This document shows positions 10,809 through 20,117 of a DNA stretch of 29,031 nt, piece after piece. Position 1 is the first letter of the stretch, and each line of letters opens with the position of its first letter. This DNA comes from an uncultured Rhodospirillales bacterium (GTDB taxonomy: Bacteria > Pseudomonadota > Alphaproteobacteria > Bin95), in contig CAYYSC010000002.1 in NCBI GenBank assembly GCA_964474065.1, positions 1-29,031 of the forward strand, read 5' to 3'. A program made the translations under genes and the position numbers. The notes beneath the pieces were generated by a model. The model was not told the origin of the DNA, made no database searches, and worked only from the letters and a program-made list of their open reading frames with translations.

Positions 10809-11884
10809 CGGGCCAGCCCTCCGAGCATGCTGGGCACGTCGAGCGGCACAAAACCGTAGTGGCGCAGCCAGCGGAGATCGCTGTCATACATGGTGCGCAG
10901 GTCCGGTATCCCGTATTTCAGCATGGCAATGCGCTCGATCCCCATGCCGAAGGCCCACCCTTGGTAGCGGGTCGAATCGATGCCACAAAATTCGAGCACC
11001 CGGGGGTGCACCATGCCGGAGCCGAGAATCTCCAGCCAGTCGCCGCCCGCACCGATGGTGAGCCCGCCCCCCGCGCGCGAACAGCCGATGTCCACTTCCG
11101 CGCTCGGCTCCGTGAACGGGAAGTGGGAGTTGCGGAAGCGCACTGGCAGATCGTCGATTCCGAAGAAGCCGCGGCAGAACTCGATCAGCGTTCCTTTCAG
11201 GTGCCCCATATGGGTAGTCTCGTCCACAACCAGCCCCTCTACCTGGTGGAACATTGGGGAGTGGGTGGCGTCGTGATCGGAGCGGAAGGTTCGGCCCGGC
11301 ACGATGATCCGGATCGGCGGCTTCTGCCGCACCATGGTGCGGATCTGCACGGGGCTGGTGTGGGTGCGCAGGACCGGGCGCTGGCCGTTTTGGTCCTCCC
11401 TCAGATAGAACGTGTCCATCTCCTGCCGCGCCGGGTGCTCTTCCGGGATGTTGAGGGCGGTGAAATTATGCCAGTCGTCCTCGATGTCCGGTCCCTCGGC
11501 GACCGAGAAGCCCATCTCGCCGAAGATAGCGACCAACTCGTCCCAGGCCTGCATCAGCGGATGCACGCGCCCCTTCGGCTGCGGACGCACCGGCAGGGTC
11601 ACGTCCACCCGCTCCTTGGCAAGCCGCGCTTCGAGCTCCGCCGCTTCCAGTGCCGCCTTGCGGGTTTCAAGCGCCGCAGCCACTTCGTCCTTCAGGGCAT
11701 TAAAGGCTTGGCCGGCGCTGCGGCGTTCTTCTGGCGGCAGCGAGCCCAGGGTCTTCATCTGCTCGGTGATGATACCCTTGCGCCCGAGTGCCTGGACCCG
11801 CACTTCTTCCAACGCGGCGGTCGATTCGGCCGCCTCTACCTGCGCGAGGAGAGATTCGCGCAGCTCCTCAATGGCGATGGCCAT
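10805..11884 (-). CDS. pheS: Phenylalanine--tRNA ligase alpha subunit
   Basis: [64 protein letters not shown]; start moved to ATG 11884 (GGAG at 11895-11898); ATGA overlap with pheT. Confidence 0.99.
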   Translation of the reverse strand: MAIAIEELRESLLAQVEAAESTAALEEVRVQALGRKGIITEQMKTLGSLPPEERRSAGQAFNALKDEVAAALETRKAALEAAELEARLAKERVDVTLPVRPQPKGRVHPLMQAWDELVAIFGEMGFSVAEGPDIEDDWHNFTALNIPEEHPARQEMDTFYLREDQNGQRPVLRTHTSPVQIRTMVRQKPPIRIIVPGRTFRSDHDATHSPMFHQVEGLVVDETTHMGHLKGTLIEFCRGFFGIDDLPVRFRNSHFPFTEPSAEVDIGCSRAGGGLTIGAGGDWLEILGSGMVHPRVLEFCGIDSTRYQGWAFGMGIERIAMLKYGIPDLRTMYDSDLRWLRHYGFVPLDVPSMLGGLAR

Positions 11885-12059
11885 GGGACACACTCTCCAA
11901 TTTCCGATTCCACCGCGTTTTCACGCTTGAATGCTCCCGGGGCAAGAGACGAATTGCTGCGGAGCAAGCCTGGTCTTGCGGCCAGCCTTGCCGTGCGGCA
12001 CCGTGATGACTAGCTTTGCGCCAATCCCGCGAACCTGATTCATGTGAGAGCGCGCTGCG

Positions 12060-12359
12060 ATGGACGTGATCCTAATACCTTTGCTGAACATCGTCTGGAC
12101 CGTGGTGTCGATCTACATATGGGTCGTCATCATCAGCGCGGTGCTCACTTGGCTTGTCAATTTCAACGTCGTCAACACGAGCAACCGGCTCGTTTACATG
12201 ATCGGCGATTTCTGCTTCCGCTTGACCGAGCCCGCGTTACGGCCGATCCGTAACTTTCTGCCGAACCTTGGGGGCATTGACCTGTCGCCCGTCGTGCTGA
12301 TCCTTATTCTGATCTTCGCGCGTGACGTTTTCGCGGGCATCGTCCGCAGTGCCGTGTAA
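12060..12359 (+). CDS. yggT: YggT-family membrane protein
   Basis: IYIWVVIISAVLTWLVNFNVVN..N, LTEPALRPIR..LP.LGGIDLSP. Confidence 0.92.
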   Translation: MDVILIPLLNIVWTVVSIYIWVVIISAVLTWLVNFNVVNTSNRLVYMIGDFCFRLTEPALRPIRNFLPNLGGIDLSPVVLILILIFARDVFAGIVRSAV

Positions 12360-12375
12360 AAGACTGCGTCGGTCG

Positions 12376-12666
12376 ATGTGCGACGGCGGCCTTCGGATTG
12401 CGGTCCGCCTGACGCCCGGCGCGAAGGTTGACCGGATCGAGGCGGTAGATTGCGATGCTGAGGGCAAGCCATGTCTGCGGGTGCGTGTAAGGGCGCGGCC
12501 GATAGGCGGCCAGGCCAATCAAGCGCTAATCGAGCTGTTGGCAAAGCGCTGGCGTCTGCCGAAATCGGCAGTTGCCATCGTCAAAGGGAGCACGTCACGG
12601 AACAAAGTGGTTGCGCTGCAGGGTGACGCTAAACTTCTGAAAGCCGGGATTGAGGCCGAGATATGA
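12376..12666 (+). CDS. DUF167 (YggU-like) protein
   Basis: [28 protein letters not shown]....LPKS.V.IVKG.TSR.K; ATG 12376 preferred over the ORF-track start; between yggT and folD. Confidence 0.88.
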   Translation: MCDGGLRIAVRLTPGAKVDRIEAVDCDAEGKPCLRVRVRARPIGGQANQALIELLAKRWRLPKSAVAIVKGSTSRNKVVALQGDAKLLKAGIEAEI

Positions 12667-13547
12667 CTGCGGAACGCATTGACGGAAAAGCCATCGCCCA
12701 GTCCATGCGGGAAACCGTGAGCCGGGCGGTAGGGAACATGGCCATCAAGCCCGGCCTGGCGGTTGTGCTGGTCGGGGAGGACGCGGCCAGCGAGGTTTAC
12801 GTTCGCAACAAGGTTAAGGCGTGTGAGAAAGCAGGAATTGTTTCCTTCCATCACACGCTGTCGGCCGAGACGGCTGAAACCGAACTCCTCCTCCTGCTGG
12901 ACAAGTTGAATGGTGACCCGGCGGTGCACGGCATCCTGGTGCAGTTGCCGTTACCCGATCATATCGACGCGCAGGCAGTGATCGAGCGGATCGACCCGGA
13001 GAAGGACGTGGATGGATTCCACCCGGTCAACGTTGGACGCTTGTCGCTCGGCCTGCCCGCCCTGGAGCCTTGTACGCCGCGCGGCTGCATGATTTTGGCG
13101 GAGTCGGTGCGGCAAGATCTGACCGGTCTGCATGCCGTGGTCCTGGGCCGCTCGAATATCGTCGGGAAACCGATGACTCAGATGCTGCTGGCCGCCAATT
13201 GCACGGTCACGATCGCGCATTCCCGAACTCGCGACCTGGCGGAAGTCGCGCGCACAGCGGACCTGCTGGTGGCGGCGGTCGGGCGGCCGCAGATGGTGCG
13301 AGGGGGGTGGATCAAGCCCGGAGCGATCGTCATCGATGTCGGCATCAACCGGGTGCCGCGGGAGGACGGCAGTGGCAAGATGCGGCTTGTCGGCGATGTG
13401 GCCTACAAGGAGGCGGAAGAAGTAGCAGGCGCGGTTACACCGGTGCCCGGTGGCGTAGGGCCGATGACCATCGCTTGCCTGTTGCGGAACACGGTTATTG
13501 CGGCCTGCCGCCAGACAGGCGCGCCTGTCCCCGCCAGTCTCGTTTGA
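12663..13547 (+). CDS. folD: Bifunctional methylenetetrahydrofolate dehydrogenase/cyclohydrolase
   Basis: [57 protein letters not shown]. Confidence 0.98.
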   Translation: MTAERIDGKAIAQSMRETVSRAVGNMAIKPGLAVVLVGEDAASEVYVRNKVKACEKAGIVSFHHTLSAETAETELLLLLDKLNGDPAVHGILVQLPLPDHIDAQAVIERIDPEKDVDGFHPVNVGRLSLGLPALEPCTPRGCMILAESVRQDLTGLHAVVLGRSNIVGKPMTQMLLAANCTVTIAHSRTRDLAEVARTADLLVAAVGRPQMVRGGWIKPGAIVIDVGINRVPREDGSGKMRLVGDVAYKEAEEVAGAVTPVPGGVGPMTIACLLRNTVIAACRQTGAPVPASLV

Positions 13548-13604
13548 TGTCCGTACTGCGCGATCAAACGGGCATGGGGCAGGAACAGGGCTACTCAGAC
13601 CGCT

Positions 13605-13871
13605 TTAGGAACTAGGCGCCTTTGCCCATATTTGACACCATCCGCTTGGGCTGATTTCGCCCCGGACAAGTTTGCAGGCATTTGGCGGCTGCCAGTGCCT
13701 GCATCCGTCGCAACGTTTTCCGTCTTTTGGCTCGTCTTGGTAGCTAACCGCTTTTTGCGGTGCCTTCGCTTCGGCTTTCGTCGCCACCAAGCTGGCTGCT
13801 GCTACCCCCGCAGGGATCGCAGCCAGCCAGGCAAGGGCCTGACGCCGCTGCCACGTTTTCGACCCGTCCAT
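13605..13871 (-). CDS. High-potential iron-sulfur protein (HiPIP), copy 1, Tat-exported
   Basis: Twin-Arg leader QRRQAL with AEA cleavage site; YQ..PK.GKR C-x2-C-x8-C-x12-C ending GWC..W; AGGAGG 8 nt upstream of the ATG. Confidence 0.88.
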   Translation of the reverse strand: MDGSKTWQRRQALAWLAAIPAGVAAASLVATKAEAKAPQKAVSYQDEPKDGKRCDGCRHWQPPNACKLVRGEISPSGWCQIWAKAPSS

Positions 13872-13924
13872 ACAACTAGCCTCCTTGGATACTCACTGAC
13901 AGGCTGTGCAAGGCGTCTGAGCCC

Positions 13925-13933
13925 TGCATTAAC
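13925..13933 (-). promoter_or_regulatory. Conserved upstream motif GTTAATGCA, copy 1
   Basis: Identical 9-mer 54 nt upstream of the HiPIP-1 ATG; the same 9-mer is 55 nt upstream of the HiPIP-2 ATG (14295). Confidence 0.5.
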
Positions 13934-14034
13934 CTGCTTCACCATATGTTGCTGAGTTAAGGAACGGTACCGGGGTTCCCGCGGATGTGACCCTGGGTGA
14001 ACTGTTGTGATGGCTCTGACGGATTTCGATGGCG

Positions 14035-14298
14035 TTAGGCGGCTGCAGACCATAGCTGGCACCAGCCGTCCGGGCTGATTTCGCCCCGGATAAGCTTACA
14101 GGCGTCGGGCGGCTGCCAATTCTGGCATACCTCGCAGCGTTTTCCGTCTTTCGGCTCGTATTGATAGTTAACTGCTTTTTTCGGCGCTTTCGCTTCGGCA
14201 TCCGCCGGCGTGAGGCTGGCTGCTGCCGCGCCTACAGGCACCGCGGCCAGCCAGGCAAGCGCCTGGCGCCGTGGCAATGTTTTCGGTCGATCCATCAC
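14035..14298 (-). CDS. High-potential iron-sulfur protein (HiPIP), copy 2, Tat-exported
   Basis: PRRQAL leader, same Cys spacing and GWC..W motif; 61/86 aa identical to copy 1 by manual alignment; start GTG 14298 or ATG 14295, AGGAG at 14306-14310. Confidence 0.88.
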   Translation of the reverse strand: MMDRPKTLPRRQALAWLAAVPVGAAAASLTPADAEAKAPKKAVNYQYEPKDGKRCEVCQNWQPPDACKLIRGEISPDGWCQLWSAAA

Positions 14299-14349
14299 AC
14301 CTCGGCTCCTCTAGTCCAAGCGCGCAGACTGAGCAAACTGCCGTGGCCA

Positions 14350-14358
14350 TGCATTAAC
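14350..14358 (-). promoter_or_regulatory. Conserved upstream motif GTTAATGCA, copy 2
   Basis: Identical 9-mer at matching distance from the start codon, in otherwise diverged intergenic DNA. Confidence 0.5.
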
Positions 14359-14386
14359 GTGGGTCAACGCAACCGGTTGCGAGGAC

Positions 14387-14409
14387 AAAAAACGCCACCC
14401 CTTGGGGCG
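14387..14409 (-). terminator. Putative intrinsic terminator after metF
   Basis: Minus strand CGCCCCAAGGGGTGGCG followed by TTTTTT; a second GC hairpin lies at about 14415-14446. Confidence 0.55.
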
Positions 14410-14472
14410 AGAAACGAGGGGGGCCCGAGGCGAGACCTCCCCCGTACGGTTGTAACGGATATGAAGAAGAAG

Positions 14473-15339
14473 CTAGGCGGCTGCAGCCGGCATGGTTGGC
14501 GCTGCATCGAGCAGGCGGCAGATCGCCCAGGTCAGTTCCGCACGGTTCAGGGTATAGAAGTGGAAGTGCTCTACCCCTTCTGCCTGCAACCGGCGGCAAA
14601 GCTCGGCAGCGTGGGTGGCGGCGACCAGCCGCCGCTGTTCCGGATCATCGTCAAGCCCTTCGTAAAGCTCCTGCATCCATTTGGGAATGCCGGCGCCGCA
14701 CATTTTGGCGAACTTCGCGGCCTGGGCGAAGTTAGTGATGGGCAGGATCCCCGGAACCAATTCGATACGCGCGCCCGCCTTGTCCAGCCGGTCCCGGAAG
14801 CGCAGGAAGCTGTCCGCCTCGAAGAAAAACTGGGTGATGGCGCGGGCTGCGCCCGCGTCGATCTTCCGCTTCAGGTATTCCAGTTCGAATTCGGCACTGG
14901 GCGCGGCCGGGTGCACTTCAGGGTAGGCGGCGACGCTGATTTCGAAATCCGCAACCTTTTTCAGCCCTTCCACCAGATCGAGCGCGTAGGCGTAGCCGCC
15001 GGGATAGGGCTCGTAATTATCGGCCCCTTCCGGCGGGTCCCCCCGCAGGGCGACGATGTGATGGATGCCGGCATCCCAGTACTTGCGTGCAATGTCGTCG
15101 ATTTCTTCCCGCGTTGCAGAGACGCAGGTCAGGTGCGAGGCCGGCTCCAGATCGGTTTCCCGACGCATGCGCATGATGGTTGAATGAGTGCGCTCGCGGG
15201 TGGAGCCGCCAGCACCGTAGGTGACGGAGGCGAAACGGGGTTTTAATGGCGCGAGGCGCTCGATTGCGTTCCAGAGCGATGCTTCCATCGCATCGTTCTT
15301 TGGCGGAAAAAATTCGAAGGATACTTGTGGCATACTCAT
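14473..15339 (-). CDS. metF: 5,10-methylenetetrahydrofolate reductase
   Basis: SFEFFPPK, SVTYGAGGSTRERT, HLTCV, ALRGD, YPEVHP, KIDAGA.RAITQFFF, HFYTLN; start set to ATG 15339 (AAGGA 6 nt upstream). Confidence 0.97.
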   Translation of the reverse strand: MSMPQVSFEFFPPKNDAMEASLWNAIERLAPLKPRFASVTYGAGGSTRERTHSTIMRMRRETDLEPASHLTCVSATREEIDDIARKYWDAGIHHIVALRGDPPEGADNYEPYPGGYAYALDLVEGLKKVADFEISVAAYPEVHPAAPSAEFELEYLKRKIDAGAARAITQFFFEADSFLRFRDRLDKAGARIELVPGILPITNFAQAAKFAKMCGAGIPKWMQELYEGLDDDPEQRRLVAATHAAELCRRLQAEGVEHFHFYTLNRAELTWAICRLLDAAPTMPAAAA

Positions 15340-15400
15340 TGGAGTTCCTTCCATCAAATCGTTAGGTTCGATGTTCTAGGGTTCGCGATCGTAATCGCAT

Positions 15401-16372
15401 TTAAAGCCAGGGAGAGGCTGCAGCAGGCAGTCTCGAAACCTTTACGTCCGCCCCGGGCACGTCGGCTGCCCAGAGAACCACTGTCAGCGCCCGGCCGGGC
15501 AAGGCATCGGCCTGCCGCCATTGCAGGCCGGTGTTCTCGAACCACTGCCGAACCTCTTCGTCCGCAAAGCCCAGACGGCGGTGTTCGTGTTGGGTCCGCA
15601 ATTCCTCGTGGCTATGCGGAGCGAAGTCCGCGATGATCAACCGGCCGCCGGGGCGCAAGACGCGCGATGCTTCGGCAACGGCCTGTTCCGGCGCATCCGT
15701 GTAGTGCAGTACCAAGTGAATTGTTACCAGGTCCACCGAGTTGTCCGCGAGCGGCAAGTTGTACAAATCGGCCAGTCGCAGACTGACATTCGAAAGGCCG
15801 GCGCGGCTGACGCGGTCTCTTGCGATCGCGAGCATCGCGCGCGAATTGTCGACCCCCACCGCGCTTTGAACCCTGGGCGCCAGGAGCATGAGAATACGGC
15901 CCGTGCCCGTTCCAATGTCGAGGTGCGAGCGGAAGTCATGTGGCGGCACATGACTGAGGAGCTGCTTTTCCACCAGTTCCTCTTCGACATACAGGGCGCG
16001 TATCGCATCCCATTGCCGGGCGTGCCGCTCGAAGTAGGCCTCCGCAGCAACTTCCCGGCGCTCGCGGACGCTCGCCAAGCGCTGCAGGTCGGCAGCGATG
16101 ACTGGATCGTCCGGATTGAGCAGGGTAAGAATTGTATCGGACGTGCGGTCTTCTCCCCGTTCCAGCCGGTAAAATGTCCAGTTGCCCTCCCGCATCGGTG
16201 CGATGAGGCCAGCGTCCGTAAGGATTTTCAAATGGCGTGAGACGCGTGGCTGACTTTGCCCGAGAATGTGGGTCAACTCTGACACCGCAAGCTCTCCCTC
16301 TGCGCACAAGGCAACAATCCTCAGGCGGGTCGGTTCAGCCACAGCTTTCAAACGGTCTACTAAACGAAGCAC
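15401..16372 (-). CDS. ArsR-family HTH fused to a class I SAM-binding methyltransferase-like domain (SahR-type methionine/SAM-cycle regulator)
   Basis: LKAVAEPTRLRI..L...EL.VSELT.ILGQSQPRVSRHLK.L plus LDIGTGTGR..VGVD.S..ML and H.VLHY...P; directly upstream of metF, the known SahR-like context. Confidence 0.9.
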   Translation of the reverse strand: MLRLVDRLKAVAEPTRLRIVALCAEGELAVSELTHILGQSQPRVSRHLKILTDAGLIAPMREGNWTFYRLERGEDRTSDTILTLLNPDDPVIAADLQRLASVRERREVAAEAYFERHARQWDAIRALYVEEELVEKQLLSHVPPHDFRSHLDIGTGTGRILMLLAPRVQSAVGVDNSRAMLAIARDRVSRAGLSNVSLRLADLYNLPLADNSVDLVTIHLVLHYTDAPEQAVAEASRVLRPGGRLIIADFAPHSHEELRTQHEHRRLGFADEEVRQWFENTGLQWRQADALPGRALTVVLWAADVPGADVKVSRLPAAASPWL

Positions 16373-16407
16373 CAGCGTCTCTATTCAGCGCATCCTGACT
16401 CATAACG

Positions 16408-16441
16408 ATATAAAGATATCATTATGTTCTTTCCTTGCCAA
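16408..16441 (-). promoter_or_regulatory. Sigma70-like promoter overlapped by a 20-bp palindromic operator (probable autoregulatory site)
   Basis: Minus strand TTGGCA (16441-16436)-N17-TATCTT (16418-16413); palindrome ATATAAAGATATCATTATGT (16408-16427, 8/10 symmetric pairs). Confidence 0.7.
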
Positions 16442-16604
16442 GCCCTGTAAGGTTGTGGGCCGTGAATGGTGCCGTGCTAGGCGTGTGCTAACCGGTCATC
16501 AGGCAACGCGAGCGAGAGCCAAAACCGAATTTGAATGGCCTGCTATCCAAGCGACTGTTAGGAGGGTAGGCAGACCTTGAGGGGTTGCATAAAAGGGATT
16601 TACC

Positions 16605-17387
16605 ATGGACCAGCTTCGTTTTTTTTCGTTGCGCTGGCGGTCATTGGCACGGCGGCTGGCAATGCTGGCGATTGTGTGTTTGGCCGTTTCCAGTTGTGCC
16701 ACGGAGCCCGATAGCGCGAACTCGATGAACGATCCGCTGGAAGGGTTCAACCGTCACGTTTTCGCTTTCAATGATGCGGTGGACACCGTGGCTATTCGGC
16801 CGGCAGCGGTTCTTTACCGCGACACGGTGCCGGAGCCCCTCAAGAACATCGTTTCCAACTTTCTGGATCATCTCACCCTGCCGCTGACGATTGTCCATGA
16901 CCTGCTGCAGGGAAAACCGGACCGGGCGGGGATTGCCGCCAAGCGCCTGTTTTTGAACACAACGGTCGGGATGGCCGGATTGTTTGATATCGCCACCCCG
17001 GCGGGCTTCGTCTATCACCAAGAGGATATGGGCCAGACCCTCGGGGTTTATGGCGTCGGGCCGGGGCCCTACCTGGTGTTGCCGTTCTTGGGGCCGTCGT
17101 CGGTTCGCGATGCTGCCGGTAACCTGGTCGATCGGTTCATCGATCCCGTCAGCATTGCCACCTACGCTGCGTCTTCCGACATGGCCTTGCGAATGGGCCG
17201 CACTGCGGCCTCCGGACTGGTGGAACGGGAAAAATTGATAGGAACGTTGGACGCCTTACGGGAATCCCTGGACTATTATGCCACGCTCCGGTCTTCGTAC
17301 CGGCAGCGGCGGGAGAGCGTCATCCGTGATGGACGGCCGCCGTCGCCGGAAGAGCGGGAGAAAGATCCGTTCGCCGACTTCGAGTAG
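16605..17387 (+). CDS. mlaA: MlaA/VacJ-family outer-membrane lipoprotein
   Basis: Lipobox VSSC, DPLEGFNR..F.FN, R.F.NTTVG.AGL.D.A, ED.GQTLG.YGVGPGPYLVLPFLGPSS.RD, DYY..LR..Y.Q.R. Confidence 0.95.
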   Translation: MDQLRFFSLRWRSLARRLAMLAIVCLAVSSCATEPDSANSMNDPLEGFNRHVFAFNDAVDTVAIRPAAVLYRDTVPEPLKNIVSNFLDHLTLPLTIVHDLLQGKPDRAGIAAKRLFLNTTVGMAGLFDIATPAGFVYHQEDMGQTLGVYGVGPGPYLVLPFLGPSSVRDAAGNLVDRFIDPVSIATYAASSDMALRMGRTAASGLVEREKLIGTLDALRESLDYYATLRSSYRQRRESVIRDGRPPSPEEREKDPFADFE

Positions 17388-17422
17388 CCCGTCTTTTTTG
17401 CCATCGCGTCACCCGAATAATC

Positions 17423-18640
17423 TCAGCCGATGGAACCGGCCGGAAGCGCCATGTGAGGAACGCTGATTCGGATACGCGCACCCTCCCCGGGGCGGCTGTC
17501 GATCGCCAGGCTTCCCCCGTGCGCGGCCATGACACGCTCCACGAACTGCAAGCCAAGGCCGTGGCCGGCAACAGGACGCGAATTCGGTTCGGTGAAGGCG
17601 CTATTCCGCAAACGGCGCGGCAAGCCAAGCCGGACCGGATCCATCCCAATGCCGCTGTCTGCCACCGTGAAAACGGTTTCCTCCGCAGACTGCGCGACTG
17701 TCACCGTGATCGAGCCACCTTCCGGCGTATACTTGATTGCGTTCTGAACCAGATTGAAAAGAGACTGCAGGAGGAGGCGGCGATTGCCGCGGAAAGCCGT
17801 TGCGTCCGGGCAGATTTCCAGGTGAAGTGTGAGAGACCGTTCTTTGGCGGGAGCGGCGAACGCATCTGCGATTTCCTTCGCTAGGACCGCAGGTTCGATC
17901 CGGTCGTCGCATGGAATGGCGACTGTCTCTGCATCGCCAACCGTGAGCAGGTCTTCAAACAGGCCCCGCAGATGTTCGCTGCTCCGCCGGATGTTTGCGG
18001 CATAGTCGCGGTATTGCTGTTGGGCGCTGCTCCAGCGTCCGATGGAGGCGTGCTCGATCGCTTGCGCAAACCCGATGATAGCGTTTAAAGGCGACAGCAT
18101 TTCATGGCTTATCTCTGCGAGAAGCGGCCGATCCGGTGACTCGACGCCCGATGCCTGTTTGGCAGGCGATGCTGCCGGCAGGCCAAGCGCAATCCAAGCT
18201 GCATGCCGAACTGCCGCCAGCAAGGCGGATTCGGGCCAAGGCGGCCCTGACAAAATCTCGAACGCGCCACCTGCCCAAAGGCGTTCCCTCAGTGCCGGGT
18301 CGCTTTCCCGGTTGACGCAAACAATGACGGGCAGGCAAGGAGCTAGCGAGGAAATTGCGGCGAGATCGCCGCCGGCCGGTGAGGGCGTGCCCCTGCCATC
18401 GACAACGGCGAAGTCGAGGTTCTCGCGAGCGCTCCACGTCTGCACCTCTCTCAAATCGCGGCAGGCATGCAGAACGGCCGGTTTCCTGGCGTCGCGGGCC
18501 AATGGAGCCCGCAGGGAGGGAGCGAATAGCGGATCCCGCGACAGCGAGAGCCCAATCGGAGAGGCCTCGCAGCCCCAGGGAGCCGACGGCGTTTCCTCGG
18601 TTGCAACAGCAGGCTTCCGGCTCCATCGTGAACCTATCAC
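17423..18640 (-). CDS. Soluble sensor histidine kinase with degenerate N-terminal receiver domain (HisKA + HATPase_c); start uncertain
   Basis: H box SHEMLSPLNAIIGF, N box NLVQNAIKYT, G1 DSGIG, G2 GHGLGL, ID S.PGEG; N-terminal REC-like segment (FAVVD, LPVIV, GAFEIL); no transmembrane stretch seen. Confidence 0.85.
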   Translation of the reverse strand: MIGSRWSRKPAVATEETPSAPWGCEASPIGLSLSRDPLFAPSLRAPLARDARKPAVLHACRDLREVQTWSARENLDFAVVDGRGTPSPAGGDLAAISSLAPCLPVIVCVNRESDPALRERLWAGGAFEILSGPPWPESALLAAVRHAAWIALGLPAASPAKQASGVESPDRPLLAEISHEMLSPLNAIIGFAQAIEHASIGRWSSAQQQYRDYAANIRRSSEHLRGLFEDLLTVGDAETVAIPCDDRIEPAVLAKEIADAFAAPAKERSLTLHLEICPDATAFRGNRRLLLQSLFNLVQNAIKYTPEGGSITVTVAQSAEETVFTVADSGIGMDPVRLGLPRRLRNSAFTEPNSRPVAGHGLGLQFVERVMAAHGGSLAIDSRPGEGARIRISVPHMALPAGSIG

Positions 18641-18830
18641 CGGCGAACTCCTCAGGCGGCTTGTGGATAACGGTGTGCTCCACCAGTCGGTTCAGCGCCC
18701 TTCGCTTCTCTGCACGGGGCTGTTAGTCATTTGCTTGCCAACGATGATTACGGTAAGGCAACTAACCTGAATTAAACCTTAATGCGCGGTGACAGGCGGA
18801 CACAGCCAGTAGGCACCGCAACGAGGAACG

Positions 18831-20042
18831 ATGACGGACTCGATCAAGCGCGTGGTGCTGGCCTATTCAGGCGGGCTGGATACTTCGGTAATACTCAAGT
18901 GGCTTCGGGAAGAATACCATTGTGAAGTGGTGACTTTTACCGCTGATCTTGGGCAAGGCGAAGAACTGGAGCCTGCGCGGAAAAAAGCCGAAATGTTTGG
19001 GGTACGGCAGATCTTTGTCGACGATCTGCGCGAGGAATTCGTACGGGATTTCGTGTTTCCGATGTTTCGCGCCAATGCGCTGTATGAGGGGCTATATCTG
19101 CTCGGTACGTCCATTGCCAGGCCGCTTATCGCCAAACGTCAGATTGAGATCGCTGAACAGGTCGGGGCTGACGCGGTTGCGCACGGCGCCACCGGCAAGG
19201 GCAACGATCAGGTCCGCTTCGAACTCGGTTATTACGCGCTGAAGCCGGATATCAAGGTGATCGCACCCTGGCGGGAGTGGGAGCTGAACTCCCGCACCAA
19301 GCTGATCGAATTCGCTGAGCAGCATCAGATCCCCATCGCAAAAGACAAGCGTGGCGAGGCTCCATATTCGACCGACGCCAACTTGCTACACATTTCTTAC
19401 GAAGGAAAAGCGCTGGAAGATCCGTGGGTTGAACCCGACGAGGATATGTTCACCCGGTCGGTTTCTCCCGAAGAAGCGCCGGACCGGCCGGAATATGTGG
19501 AAATCGATTTTGAGGGGGGCGACCCCGTCGGCGTGGACGGCGAGCGGCTGTCGCCTGCTGCGCTGCTCACCCGTTTGAACGAAATTGGCGGCGCCCACGG
19601 CATTGGCCGCCTGGATTTGGTCGAAAGCCGGTTTGTGGGGATGAAGTCCCGGGGGGTCTACGAGACGCCGGGCGGGACCGTCCTCCTGGAAGCGCGTCGG
19701 GCGGTCGAGTCGCTGTGTCTCGACCGGGGGGCGATGCACCTGAAGGACGAGTTGATGCCGCGGTATGCGGAGTTGGTTTACAACGGGTTTTGGTTCTCGC
19801 CGGAGCGGGAGATGTTGCAGGCGGCGATTGACGAAAGTCAAAAGCGTGTGACCGGGACTGCCCGGCTGAAACTGTTCAAAGGGCATGTCCGCACTGTCGG
19901 CCGTAAGTCGCCGTTTAGCCTGTATCATCCGCATTTCGCTACCTTCGAAGAGGATACGGTCTACGACCAGCGGGACGCGGAAGGCTTCATCAAGCTTAAT
20001 GCGTTGCGGCTTCGTTTGCGGGGCATGATGGGGTCGGAATAG
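18831..20042 (+). CDS. argG: Argininosuccinate synthase
   Basis: [58 protein letters not shown]. Confidence 0.99.
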   Translation: MTDSIKRVVLAYSGGLDTSVILKWLREEYHCEVVTFTADLGQGEELEPARKKAEMFGVRQIFVDDLREEFVRDFVFPMFRANALYEGLYLLGTSIARPLIAKRQIEIAEQVGADAVAHGATGKGNDQVRFELGYYALKPDIKVIAPWREWELNSRTKLIEFAEQHQIPIAKDKRGEAPYSTDANLLHISYEGKALEDPWVEPDEDMFTRSVSPEEAPDRPEYVEIDFEGGDPVGVDGERLSPAALLTRLNEIGGAHGIGRLDLVESRFVGMKSRGVYETPGGTVLLEARRAVESLCLDRGAMHLKDELMPRYAELVYNGFWFSPEREMLQAAIDESQKRVTGTARLKLFKGHVRTVGRKSPFSLYHPHFATFEEDTVYDQRDAEGFIKLNALRLRLRGMMGSE

Positions 20043-20088
20043 CTTCGCCTAAGATTGCGGCAAAAGCGCAAAATTCCGAACGGAGTCC

Positions 20089-20117
20089 TTGCTTCTGCGG
20101 CGCGATACACCTACCTT
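20089..20117 (+). promoter_or_regulatory. Putative sigma70 promoter ~200 nt upstream of the DJ-1/PfpI gene
   Basis: TTGCTT (20089-20094)-N17-TACCTT (20112-20117). Confidence 0.4.

Noticed and set aside
8751-12013. Long plus-strand ORFs opposite pheT/pheS (e.g. 8751-9641, 10859-12013), and similar ones at 14161-15183 and 22272-23537
   Set aside because: Antisense shadows of well-supported conserved genes; no motifs or RBS.
13547-13615. 22-codon ORF (MSVLRDQ...) coupled to the folD stop by TGATG
   Set aside because: No RBS or motif, and it overlaps the convergent HiPIP stop; likely chance.
18762-18782. Cluster of TTAA/CTAA words between the kinase and argG, as a possible CtrA box
   Set aside because: Spacings are 6 and 3 nt, not the TTAA-N7-TTAA consensus; at most half-sites or simple AT-rich promoter DNA.
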